Below, in pieces: positions 51,684 to 64,000 of a DNA stretch of 64,000 nt. The stretch comes from Marsupella aquatica. Lineage: Eukaryota; Plantae; Marchantiophyta. Both the position numbers and the translations under genes were made by a program. The notes beneath the pieces were generated by a model, which was not told the origin of the DNA, ran no database searches, and saw only the letters and a list, made by a program, of their open reading frames with translations. Where the stretch lies: assembly GCA_973895155.1 (NCBI GenBank), contig OZ316893.1:7650963-7714962 (forward strand), in the 5' to 3' direction. How positions within the stretch are numbered: position 1 is the stretch's first letter; each line of letters opens with the position of its first letter.

Positions 51684-51695
51684 GCTCTGATACCA
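51684..51695 (-). other. Primer-binding site complementary to the 3' end of tRNA-iMet
   Basis: TGGTATCAGAGC lies 2 nt inside the 5' LTR boundary. Confidence 0.93.
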
Positions 51696-51697
51696 CT

Positions 51698-52041
51698 TGT
51701 TGAGCATAGACGACATTCGTAACGGCAAGCCCATGAACCATCTAACGCACATTAGTCGACACAGAGAGATACGTGGTTCACCTCCACATGAGGCTACGTC
51801 CACGGGAACACACAAGAGCTTTACTGCACTCTAGGCCGACCGGCCATACCAAGCATTCACAGCACAAGCTCTCCCTATCTCTCAACTAGCTCCGTAACAA
51901 TGAGCCTAAGTTCCACCAGGGTCTGGCATCAGCCCTGGCTATATGCATAACAGCACTACCGCTAACCTTAGCTAGGTCCTAACCCGAGTTAGCCTAACTG
52001 TGGTTAGCACAAGAGTCACAAGACTAGAGCAATATCTAACA
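51698..52041 (-). repeat. 5' LTR of the copia element
   Basis: Direct repeat of 45913-46256, adjacent to the PBS. Confidence 0.97.
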
Positions 52042-53338
52042 GTCTAGTGAGCTTGAATACTTCATCGTAGAAAATTTTGATTGGTTTTCAATTGTCAATC
52101 GCCCAGAGACAATTCACTGGAAGATGGGTTTCAATTGACATCATAATCATATCAGTTTACACACCGACCTATCCAAGCTCACCTAGCCCCTGTCGAAGCT
52201 CACAGTTGCACAGCTCAAAAAAGTGTTGAAGTTAGATTATACCGCCAAACTACACCAAATGGCATCCCAATGGGAAGAAGACAATGACTATGACGGTGTT
52301 CGGCGTCAAGCATGGGCTACGCTCGGACTATTATGGTATCCCGTGCACCGGTCTACCTTGAGGGCACGAAAAGCAGGTCCTGCCGCCCATCCACGCCCAG
52401 TACAAATTTGAGGGTACGGCTTACGGCCGAGATCTTGCCCGCGTTGTTTGGAGATCTAAGGGCGAACCCCGACAACACTCTTTGAGGGCTGATGGAATCC
52501 TCAACGTAGCCGGTCAGTCGGTTTGTACAAGTCCAACGCCTAGATCTACACAAGTCATATGATTTTCACCGAATTGGTAGTTGGTACTTTCTTTTTTCCG
52601 TAGAATCGGCGCTCTGTGGGCAGAGCGACAGCTGAACACAGTTATCTGCAATCCCAAGGCCCAACAAACCGATCTCACCGTCATGAATGGAACATTGAAA
52701 CAAATTTCTCTCTGTCCAGAGTCCCGTAGTCTCATGTTGCATTGCTGCCGGCAGATTCTACACCCCATCCCATTCCAGTAAAGCATGGGTTGTAGAGGAT
52801 GCCGTTTCTGACAACCTTCGGTAGTCGTCCAACATTCAACGGAATTGTGGAAACCTGCACAGCCCAAATTTCATATCAGTAGAATGGGAATGAATTCATT
52901 GGGATCATTGCAACATTCTTCAAAATTTCTGCAACGGAAAATAGTCGACTTTTGCCTGTGGTAATTGACGTTCGCTAGCGAAAATTCTGCGGGGCACTTC
53001 TTGGCTCGCTTGTCAACTGATCCATCCAAGTGAGGAGAGGGTCCGTGAGAACAGTATGAATCTTGGTTTTCTCTGAGGACACAATTGTCTGTGGTCGTTT
53101 CTATATCGAATTTCTTTACGGCAACACTTTGCACAGACTGATACTGACCATCGTATAGTTTCCGCTGCAGAGGTGATGGAATGGACACGAGGAGAAGAAG
53201 CAGGATAGTGAGAGTCGGCTGGTCTTAGACATGAAGAAACATAGCTCGATTTCGGGACCACAATACCCACGTTGTGATTAGGCTAAAACGGCTTCTAGGT
53301 TAGACTGCGGAATCTTGCAGGGGTTGGCCGAGAACAGT

Positions 53339-55263
53339 ATGGTGAGATCTCGGCAGGGGCCCAGCTTGAAGAAGTTGATGGTACTGACAATCGTGCTGGT
53401 TGCGGTCGTGTTGGTGTTCCGGAAGATGTCCTCGATTCCGCTCGATTTACTCTCGAAGCAGAGCTACAACCGGTGAGTTTCAGTGCTGACCAAATTGAAG
53501 CTCCATCACATGTCCGGAAGAGTTCTCACGGTTACGCTCCTCCCAATTCCTTTCACGTGCCTTCGGTTTCTAATGATTTTGACCTTTGCATTTCTTCCTT
53601 AGCCTCAAAGTTGCCAGTAGGCGGTCCTGCTCCCAGACTGTCGGAGGAAAATACATCCATACTCTCCGAAAGGTTGCAATTATGGTCCACAACGCAGACT
53701 GTATCATGCGGAGAAACGGTAACACTGGTTGTTCTTTCGAAGTCCCCAATCGTGCAGACAGTTCTCCGTTTGATGAGCCTCGAAGCGGCCATTTACCTAA
53801 GTTTTGAACCCCTCATGTGGGCAGAAAGGGATACCAGTTGTTTGCTGACTCATCGTGAGGGAGAAAGAGGGCATAGGGCATTCACTTTAGTGAATGAGTG
53901 GAGACCCGATTCATTTCTAGAGCTGCATACAATCGAATGAAGGACTGAAATGTCCCTTTGGTTGTTATGCCAAGTATACTGACATGTCTACCGTATGAAT
54001 TTAAACATTTCGGAATCACTCGAAGGTCATCTCGGAGTTTCCCGTTCTCATCTCCCATGAATTTTGAGAAATACGATAAATACGAAGCAAAGCTTTGCAA
54101 CAGGTTATCACTCGGCTGTCCTGTAGTAGCTTGAATTTTGGGGGTTCTCCCACAGATGAGCCTCGTTAACAGGGACCCGTGTCGTATCTCAATGTTTCTT
54201 GCAGAGTTTACTATGAACAAATGTATTCTGAGGTGAGCAATGAAGTCGCCGACTGGAGGCAAAGATATGACAATGAATTTGCAAGAGCTGAATCGAATCT
54301 ACAATCACTGACTAAGGTACCATACAGTTGTAACAACACTGTGTCTTCTGTCCATCCATGCAATCTCTGTTTTGCCTATTTGGCATGAGCGTCCCATGGT
54401 CCATTTGGGTTTCCCTGGCCCTTACATTCATGCATTCGTTCTCTGAACTACTCTCAACAGTCATTTTCTTAGGAACATGCAACAAAATCATTCTGGTCAA
54501 GAATCATCTGTAATTTCCTTTGGCATATCATGTGGAACTCGTCTTATGTGATCATCAATCACTGCGAACATTTCACAATCGAAGGCTGGTGACTATTAAT
54601 AACGTTCACCCCCTGTGCTATGTAATTATAGAAAAGTTCGGACGCTTTTGAAAATATTGCTTTTATAGTTTCTAATTGCCTACGGTAACCGTTGAAAAAT
54701 ATATCTGTCTACCTGCTCACTCCCTGTCTAATGTTGACGTCATGTACTGTTGTGTTCGATTTGGCTCATCAGATGCAGAGTCAGGCAAAGATCCTTCAAG
54801 AGGTACAATTCACCGGACCTGAATGTCTTTCAACTTGTTTCCTTGAGAGCTCAATTGTAGCTGGGGTCCTGTTTGTTTTCCCTTGGGACACCCCAACTGT
54901 TGTGTGGTTCTTAACAGCTGTGTTATTGCATGAGTTTATGGGCTTTGTTTGAGTGCTTTCTGGCGTGATCGCTGGGACAATTCAGGGAAATCCATCGTGC
55001 TCTATTGATTTCCCATCAGCAGTACCTGTGTATGCGTAAGTCACCGTCATGGTGCACCTATTTCCACTGGCTATTAGAACCCTCGTATCAAACGAAGAAG
55101 TGAATAGTATGCTTTAAGCCGGTTCTCAGCGCTCAGTTGCTCTCTGAAACAGTGAATGACGTGGTTTCTGTTACAGGAGAACGATTCTTTGAAGGCAGAA
55201 CTGGTGAGACTGAAAGAGCAGGTACAACAACATGAAGGGTCCAGGATACTTGGAAAAAACTAG
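53339..55263 (+). CDS. Small uncharacterised membrane-anchored coiled-coil protein (120 aa)
   Basis: Exons 53339-53472, 54205-54316, 54773-54802, 55177-55263; GT-AG with consistent phases, 363 nt. Protein: MVRSRQGPSLKK-LMVLTIVLVAVVLVF-RKMSS...YYEQMYSEVSNEVADWRQRYDNEFARAESNLQSLTKMQSQAKILQEENDSLKAELVRLKEQVQQHEGSRILGKN. Confidence 0.75.
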
Positions 55264-56431
55264 AAAGATAGGAAAATTTGTGCTTGTTGCACGAACGCTC
55301 TAGCCATCCTCCAAATGTCCGTATTGATAATGTTCACATGAAACGCCCACGCCCCCGGTAATGAGTTATTCTGCTAAAAACTATTATGATGAACGAAAGA
55401 AAAATTGAGAACCTGTGTCCTCTACACCTGTGAAAGTGGCAGAATTCGGAAAATATTTGTGTTGAGGAATATCTTGTGCCAGACTTGTTGCTCATTAGGG
55501 CATTAGTTATTTCCCCGCTCTTTGGGACACTGGGTTTTTGTTTAGCTCTTTGGTCTTCTAGGGATTTTCCGTTATTTTCTCTATTTTATTGTGTCTCCGC
55601 CATTTGGGATCCTGTCTCTTGGTTCTTTGGCAATGTATATACATATATTAATATTTAAATTGTGCATTAATCGAGTGCACCTCAAAAGTTATAATTAAAG
55701 GGACCTGGTAGCATGGTGCAACCATAGTTGATATCAAGCTCACAACAAAAGCATACCGAAAGAATGTTTTACACAAGCACCTGATTATAATGAATTATCT
55801 TGTTACTTATGTGCAAAAGGGTTACTTTGCTTGTTACTTTGAAGAGCTTATCGCAATTGTAGAAATCTATCAGAAAGTAAAAAAGCAGGATATTTGTGCA
55901 TGTAAATGCGAACAAGAGTAATGCACAAAACCTATCTTGCTCAGATTTAATGGTCTCCACCAAATGGTTATGTTTTCTTCTGCGTCCATGACTGGACTGA
56001 GTGAATAAGTTGTTAGAAATAATTGTGCTCTGAGATATCAAATTCATCTGGGCTGAACTTGGAGTGGAAGCCTTCTGCTAATCGGAAGCAGTTTTAGATA
56101 TATCCATCTTCAAAATCTTCATCAAATATATTTGTTTCTCAGTGTGGACTGTAATTTATATATTTGGTGCCCTAATGTGTTGTGAATGAGGTTTTTCACA
56201 GGGCCAGCGATTGCTCTGCTGAGATTTGTGACCTTGCAATTTATCTCTTACGGGTTCAATTGAAATTCTGAGGAATTATGATTTTAGAGTGCATAATAAC
56301 ACACAAGACGATAACAGGCTGATCCCAAATACATGAACATTTTTTGCAAATTACTCGACTTTGCACTTCTTACTTGGACTCTTGGATGGAGGGCGATTTA
56401 CAGAAATCTAGAAGTCTCTGTTACAGACAAA

Positions 56432-59400
56432 TGGTAAAGAGGAGAGCCCCAATCTGCAAATGAAAACGGAGAGGGCAAGAATCTCGAGAGTACTTCTAAA
56501 ATAAACAAGCAAACTAAGGAGAAAGATCTGGACACCATTCTCAGTTTAGGTGCACTATTCCACCGTTCAACTACACCAGAGGATTGAATAGTCCATAGAT
56601 GCAAAGATGTTTCAAGGGACTGGGAAGAAACAATTCCATTGTCGTCGATGTATGCTAAAAGATGCACGGAGGAGGTTTCTCAATGGTGAGGACTTTGTGC
56701 GTGTCCAATTCCGAGAAATCAATGTCAATTCTAGAAGTCTATCACCCCATGGCTACAACAATAGCTTTGACAATCACACCAGGGACAAAGCAGGTATTGA
56801 ACAGGACAACAACATACCAGAATATAGCCCCACATTGGAAGACGGCTCCATGGAGATTAATTTCTCATGTGAGAGGTGTTTGCATCATCACCAAGCCTAT
56901 AGGGAAAGGGAGCACTTGGTGGAGCATCCAATAGCTGAACCACTTGTATTTGACCGAGAAGAACATAGAACACGAGGAAGTGCCCCAAGAAAAACAAGAA
57001 GGGCATCACCAAAAGGGATTTGGACGGCGGACTCTTTGAGAGGTGCCATTGCTCACTCACTTGATTGTAGTGCATGGTTTCAAAGTAAAACTATGTGCGC
57101 GGTGATTTGAGGGTGGATTACATAATTTGTTATTACAGGTACTTCATCATTCTATGCTTCATCTTTCAATCAATCTTTAAGCCTAAGTGGTACTCCTTTC
57201 TCCAAATTTTTACGTGCATTCGAAACCCGCCTTATATAGAAGTATTCCTCAATTCTATGAGCTCCAAAATACTGTACGATGGTGATATGATTCTTTTTCT
57301 TTAATATATTTTTGTCATCTGAAGAACAAGTGAAACGTTTGTGGAATTACAATGACAGCGAGAACATTCTGTTAGCATCACTCAGAGGATTGAGTTTGAC
57401 CTCTCGAAATTCAAATGCACGATTTTCACCTATATTAGCCAAGGGATCTCGTTAGCGCAAGCAGCTCGGGAGGCAGCTACTTTATACACAAGCTCGCAAC
57501 TGTATCTCACCCATTTCCAGCATTAGAAAAATAGAAGTGGATGGTGTGAACAATGTTGCTGAGCATTTCAGAATGGATAGGACTTAATGTTGAATGCATA
57601 AAGCCAGTCATCTGTACAGAAAACACACGTTTAGATTGAACATGAAGCTCGTCAACGGGCTCTTAAAGCATTGCATCAAATATAGGACATTCACATATCA
57701 GAGTCTTTCCATGTAGACAAAACTTGGGACGCTAGTGGAACGAATAGAATTCATGTGTATCATTCAACCTGATCAACAAGTATGACATACAATACTTTGG
57801 AGAAACATAGGAAGGACTTGTGGTTTCATATACACCTTGTTCATCATCTTCAAAACGATAATTATAATTGCTAAATCCCCCTTTCTAACTTATTCAGGCC
57901 TTGATACTCATTCCCCCTCGCCCATGGGTGGGCGATGGGTTCTCTCTCCGTCACAAAGATTGTCAGAGAAGTGGAAGGAGGAGCATCTTTCATTGAGATT
58001 TTCAGATCCTTTGTTGACGAACTGTATACATTGCCTACAGCACCATGGTTTTGACACAACTAAGTACAAGCGTGAGGCACAACCTGCTCAAGATAGATAT
58101 ACTTTGGGAAGTAATCCTCCGTTAATTGGATCTAAGGGCGAGGTTGAAGCTAAAGAATTCTCACCAAAAGACAACGTTGGTGAGTTCAGACAAAAGGAGA
58201 ATGATGTTGCATGGTGGGCATCTTCTGAAGAGGAACGTGGACCGTGTAGAAGATGTTCATCTCATCATATGAACCATGAAAAGTTGCTAAATTTTAATGG
58301 AGAAACAAGAAAGAGAGCAACAAAGAATCACATCTCAAGGGCGCATCAAGATGGCAAGAGAAGAGAACGATGGATGGAAAGTAGCGGTTCTAGTCCAGAA
58401 TTTGTAACTCCTACTGAAGAGGTGATACATCTCAACCTAAGCATTGAGGAAGTTGGCATGTCTCATGGACAAAGTACTAAACATCCACAACATTTTGAAT
58501 CCACTCTAACCTGAAGAAATACCAAGAACTTAGGCAACTTGAATGACTGACAGATGGGGAACGCACTTGCAAGTAGTAGGCCCTGGACAAGAGCAGAACT
58601 TATTGAGTACTAGGTTTCATGGTACTATGATACTATGGTACTAGCCTCTTGCTGAGAAGAACTAAGCAGCAGCATTCAGGGGAGGTTGAGGGAGCCACGC
58701 TACACTGGCTGTTTAGGTGCAGGGCATGGCCTGACAAGTTGGGCGGTTTTGGTGCCCTAGTGCAATTCAACGTTTACTTTTTTTGCTTGGGTGGCTTTTG
58801 CCTCCTTGTACTACTGATGGGGCTCTGTGTCTCCTTTTTCAAAGAAAAAAGAAAAGAAAAGAAGTAGGGTTGAGGCTTACAGACTGTTGGTCCGCTATAT
58901 AATTTTTTTGTCAGGGTATCCATCCAAGTTATTCACTGAGTATAATTCTAAGAGGTACTGTACCTGGTAAAATCAAACTCACTCAAACCCAATCGAGTTA
59001 TAATGATTGAAACTAGCCCCGACTACCCGTTCTTTGAACATGTATAGCAGGGACGACAATAAAAATATCATTAAAAATATATTCATAATTCACATTTTTG
59101 AAGGTTAATGAAATGATAAAAAACCGTCATGCAAGTAATTATTTTAATAATCATATATAGCATACCATACTCTTTTCTATGCACATCCCTAGTTCTATGC
59201 ACATATGTTCTGGTAAATAGGAATCATGACGAAAAGTATACATGCTTATCATTTGACATACATTATGGTCATGAGTTTTCACATCCACATGATGAGCATT
59301 GGAGTTACGGTCTAGAGGCTTCACTCTAGAAGCCTACACCCCAATTCTAGCTTGTAGTTGGGGCTTTGTAAGTAAGATATGTAGCAACTGACTGTACTAT

Positions 59401-61021
59401 TAAAATAGGTGACATGAAAGCAAGAATCCTTTTTTCTTAGTGTACATGAGCAAATTTCATAGCAAGATTGTGGAATAAAGGATTGTTGTTTTGATAAATA
59501 CTTTCTGGGCTAAAATTGCAGTTTTCCAGGTCAAGCACACCAACTCCCCAAAGATCGTACAATTATAGGGAGTTGTACGAGAGAAAACTTCAAGCTGAAG
59601 GTGCCTCTAACACAAACAACACGTTGGATCTACACAGTCAGCAATGGAATCCTTCAAGGAAGATACCAACACATGATATTGCAGTATATATACGTCAATG
59701 TCAAGTTCCCATTAACAAAAGGAAAGATGATAATAACAGAGCAGGACACTCAAATGCATGGAATCTAGACAAGGTGAAACCAAGTCAAAAGGCCTCACCT
59801 GGGGCCTCACGAGGAAAGTTTTTACAACATCATGCATCTGAAGGCATAACATCAGCTCAACCTATGATGAAGCATGTTAAGAGAACCTTAGACTCCAGAT
59901 CTAAGTCTCCAAAATGGTCCAAAGAATGTTTACACAAGAGGGAATTAACAAGACACAAAGATGAAAGACCAATTGACAGGATAGCCATGACAGAGAAGGG
60001 GCGTGTAAGGAATGGAATTAAGTATGAAAAGCTATTAGCTGTCAAAAGAACTCAAAGTGCAACACGTGGTGAAGGACAAGGGTCAGCGAGACAAATGATG
60101 TCTCCAAAGTTTGTGAGAGGACGTGCTAGAGCAAGAATGGTACACAAGAGTCAAGTAGTGATTAAAACTCCAAAATTCACCAAAGAAAGTGATGAAGTCA
60201 AGAGATCCACATCTAGACATCAAAATGACAGAAGAGTTATGATATTGGAGAAAAAGGAATCACGTTGGGCACCTCCTCCAAATTGGACAATTGGAAAAGT
60301 CACTATGTTCAAAGGAGTTAAAAAACCAAGTGTTGCCTCAAAGAAAAATTTGAAGAATGGGGAACCACTGCCTAGAAAGACCCAAGACCAAAAGGACAAT
60401 TTATACCTGAAAACTATTTCTTTCAAAACTAGTCCAAAGCTTTCTCCATCTAGAGTGCACTCAAATGAGACAAGCTCAAGGTCGAAAGGGAATGACCCTC
60501 TTGAGGATAAGGTCAAGAGACAAGTTTATTCATCACATGATGAAAACACTAATCTTGATTGCAAATTTGAGGTAATAAGTATTGAGACCAAAGAGTTAGA
60601 AGAAAGAAATCCAGACAGGAAACCTGTTTCATGTAGGACTCAAAACTCATGCCCAAACCCAAAACGGATTTTCTTGAGGATCCCCAAATGTAGACAAAAT
60701 AATATCAATGACAAGGATCAAAAGCGGGATCAAAAGGCTCCCATTCATGTGCCTAGTACAAAACCTAGTACAGAGCTAAAAGAGAAGTCTGCCATGTCCA
60801 GGGAGAAGTGTGATACAGATAGAGATATGAAGTTGAGAGTTGAAATTAGAAGTGAGTTGCCCTTGGATGTTGTTGATGGGAGACTCAAACAATTTTTGAA
60901 AGGTGTTGGTGGTCTCATTTACTACTCTCCAAAGGATGGAGGGATTCCACGGATTAAAGAGCTTACTAACTATTTCTCCGGGAAACAACCCTTGCTATGG
61001 TTCTCTCCTCGTTCTACTTAA
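56432..61021 (+). CDS. Putative uncharacterised basic, largely disordered protein; exon structure uncertain and possibly a pseudogene
   Basis: Three long same-strand open frames (about 56599-57110, 57898-58421 and 59522-61021), each preceded by an AG acceptor. The last is about 500 codons, K/R/S-rich, with a more hydrophobic C-terminal segment of about 60 aa. No family was recognised. Confidence 0.4.
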
Positions 61022-62211
61022 GGAGGAACTGGAACATTCTTAGCACATGACACAATGAAGTCTTTCTGTAAGAGACTTAACACTCGTCATTGTATCAATG
61101 GATTATGCATGTAATAATGGCCTCTAATTTGTTGACAAGTCCTCTAAACTCTCAAATTTGATGAAGTTGCTTTGCTACAGACTAAGTTTTGCCACACTCT
61201 CAATTTGTATTTGATGGCTCTCACCACACTCAGTACATATATGCAATTGTTGCAATCTGTGCAGACCACTTTGTAGTATTATACTAAGGACATAAATCAG
61301 CATTTAATGTCCAAAACTCGGTATTCGATCCCATGGAAGAACAAGAAAGGAATGATTTTCTATCGTTTAACACTTATGAATGACTAAGGTCACAAAAAAC
61401 ACAAGTTTGAGCCTTTTACTATGATTGCTCAGCAAGGCATAGATTTGAATGTTTGCTTAACATTGTAAATGCAATTAATAAAATGGAAACAAATAACAAA
61501 ACACAATGAAATCTTGAGGTATGATGAGGGAGTCTGGAAAACACCAAGGTAACTTCTCATCAATACTTCATTTGATGTGATTTGGGTGGTATATCCGTAA
61601 GAACATTTTTGGAATGGATTACTGTACTAGGATGATTACTAAAATGCCGTCAACACGTCTCAACTTTTCCTTCCAAAGGTACTCAGAAGAAACTAGTAAT
61701 CAATCACTTCGATATCCAGTCGGTACTCTGAGTCACGAATAATAAACACCATCATGATCAAATTGAAGTCACAGGTAATTGGTGAGTAACAATCTTTGCA
61801 TCCCATGCACAAGCAATGTCACGCCAAAAACTATGCATCAAGAACTCAAGAAGATGGGTTGTCACCACTTAAGGAATCTATTCCCTCATACTTCTGAGAT
61901 TCAACTTCATACAAGTAATTTTACTTCAATGATCTAAACTCTCAATCATTCAAACCAAGGAAGGGAGAAGAATTCCTTTTGCATTTGCAAGCAAAGGTGA
62001 TTCCAGTGCTGCAACACATGCCACAGGCACTACTTTATTTCTTCACACATGAAAATGACACAAATTCTACTTCATATAGGCTAGCAGGAACCCAAGGAGA
62101 CTGAGATACTGAAAGGACATGCCCTTTCATATCTAAAGGGTCTTGAATAAACTTAATGACGATCATCCTTGAAAAGTGAATGGACACTGCTGAAAGTGTC
62201 AAAAATGCAGG

Positions 62212-62945
62212 GGACGCTTCTCAAAGCGTCGAGGTTTGAGCGGACGCTTTGCAAAGCGTCGGTGTTTGCGGTAAAACTAATAAACAGTGATCTTAATCTA
62301 ATTTTAACTTCTAAACTAAGAGGCGGAAGGAGTTGAAACTTTTCTAGGGTACTCTACTACATATAGTCTATATGCTGGCAAAGTTTCAGACTTTTCTGAG
62401 ATCTCTAAGTGTCTCAAATAAATCGGCAAAAGTGGTGCAGTGTTATAAAAGTGCAAAAACTGAAAAATTTTCTAAGTGTCGGGAACATAGTGGACGCTTC
62501 AGAAAGCGTCCAAACCTACAAAGGACTTTTGTGGACGCTTTAGAAAGCGTCGGCTGAATTTCGAGGTTTGGTCGCAGCGTCCGTCTTCTGGGCTCCGGGC
62601 GGGACGTTTCAGTGGACGTCACAGTGTCGAGGTCACCTTCGGGGTAGCAGACGCTTCTGTGGGCGTCGCTCCTCATGTGGATTGCAAAGCGTCGGAGTAC
62701 AACTGGTTGGGTGGTGGACGCTTCAGAAAGCGTCGTGGTCTTTGGGTGGACGCTTTTCAAAGCGTCCAAAAATACAAGGGACGCTTCACAAAGCGTCGGC
62801 GAAGTCGTGGCTATGCGAAAAACAACAAAACTAAATTAATTCTAACTTTCAAACCACATGTCGGTTTGAGATGAAACTTGCAGGGATGATTCTACTACTC
62901 AACTACTACCTCCTAAAAAAGTATGAGACTTTTATGACCATGATA
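62212..62945. repeat. Cluster of about 9 palindromic GACGCTT-N3-4-AAGCGTC units with diverged direct-repeat blocks; probably subterminal sequence of a DNA transposon
   Basis: Units at about 62212, 62242, 62492, 62533, 62650, 62680 (partial), 62716, 62748 and 62779. Blocks 62300-62400 and 62838-62937 share TAACTT...GAAACTT...CTACTAC...AGACTTTT. Confidence 0.75.
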
Positions 62946-64000
62946 GCTATTTAACTAAAATAGCAGAGATCGGCTGATTGTGATAATTGTATACAGAGCT
63001 CATTCTTGTTGAAAAAGTGTTTTGGAGTCCGGTTCTTGAATCTTCTAGTCTGCATTGCTTCTCCAATGATGTCCAGTCTTCTTTCTTGGTAGCATGTAAA
63101 GAGCAAGGATTTATATTGGCGATCCTTGTCCAATACAATAGCCTCCGATGAAACATAACATTAGGTTAAGTGTTCAGTTGATCTAAATTGCTACAAAAGG
63201 TAACTAGATTGTACCTTGAGTTAGAAAAAGTTTAAAATTTATAAAATTTCCATCATTTCTAACTAATGTACAGCATTACACACTTTAAAGAATCACATCT
63301 GAGTTCAGCATGATGTCTCTACTTCAAGGCCTACAAGGCAGAGACAGAATTGTACCCAAGGTTGAACACACGACTGAGAAACCTTGATTGACTTCTGGTA
63401 TTAATTATTCTACTGCCCATCTCTTGGCTAAGAGCCCTTTCACAGTATATGATTTTGACCATTTGTTCCACTAGTAGAAAACCCCCCATTTTGTGACCCA
63501 ATCGCTTAATATGACAGAGCTGACCACAATATTGCTTGCTCAATACACAGGTCGTTTTTATGTGACTCCATATGACTAGTTAGCCATGATTATTTCCAAA
63601 TAAGACACCAAAAACATATTAAAAGTTTTTGTTAAGTGGGTCCTTGAATATAAACAATTGATCATTATATGTCATCTTTTAAGTTCAAGTTACTATGCAA
63701 AGATGCAACAATTCAGGTTGAATGGAAGGATGAGTGATAGTACGCAGAATCTCAGTGATCAATAACATGTCTTTCTCATGAATTTACAGAGGTGTACCGG
63801 AGGTGCACATTATCTTAAGATACATTGAAGCCTGTCTCTTGCCTACTATTGGAGGTGAATTTCATTGTTGGCTAAAGATAAAATGAAGAGAAGATTTACT
63901 CTTGTCAACCATTGGAGGGGAAATCCATTCCACCACGATTCATTGTACTATACAATATGGAGAACCAGGGAATGGTATGCATGCAATCTTGTCCATGGAG

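Larger units (their letters stand above)
45913..52041 (-). mobile_element. Ty1/copia LTR retrotransposon (Tnt1/Tork-like), structurally complete with a decayed coding region
   Basis: Two 344-bp LTRs (TG...CA). 5-bp TSD GTCTA at 45908-45912 and 52042-52046. PBS TGGTATCAGAGC and PPT AAGGGGGAG. Domain order gag-PR-IN-RT-RH. Confidence 0.97.

Noticed and set aside
52200-53290. Gene on the minus strand, divergent from the 53339 gene
   Set aside because: Only short ORFs with no motifs and no consistent splice model were found.
62212-62800. CRISPR-like repeat-spacer array
   Set aside because: Spacing is irregular, the loops vary, there are no cas genes, and the context is plant nuclear DNA.
63000-63560. 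Degraded L1-like LINE remnant on the minus strand (LC..K..GG, LLAKRW-like words)
   Set aside because: The similarity is fragmentary and needs frameshifts; it cannot be supported without a profile search.

Overview
This is eukaryotic, intron-rich land-plant DNA, probably from a seed-free plant. That placement is inferred from the F-A-A-R-type NIP and the RLE retroelement; it is not proven. Four multi-exon genes can be spliced by hand with GT-AG introns and consistent phases: (1) a 5'-truncated VIH/VIP1 (PPIP5K) inositol pyrophosphate kinase-phosphatase (+, <120-9979, 27 exons in the window); (2) a NIP aquaporin (-, 13414-15997, NPS/NPA motifs, ar/R filter F-A-A-R); (3) the KEOPS subunit CGI121 (-, 40878-43427), which the ORF track shows only as fragments; (4) a small membrane-anchored coiled-coil protein (+, 53339-55263). 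A poorly resolved basic, low-complexity gene lies at about 56.4-61.0 kb. The most unusual element is a GC-rich, apparently full-length non-LTR retrotransposon with a restriction-like endonuclease (CRE/R2-group architecture; -, about 35.5-39.7 kb), whose single ORF is broken only by homopolymer indels. A complete but decayed Ty1/copia element (-, 45913-52041) has 344-bp LTRs, a GTCTA TSD and a tRNA-iMet PBS. The 19-35 kb intergenic block holds MITEs, a CACTA-like element, Helitron-like ends, tandem repeats and an orphan calmodulin-like EF-hand fragment. No CRISPR array, rRNA or intact tRNA was found.
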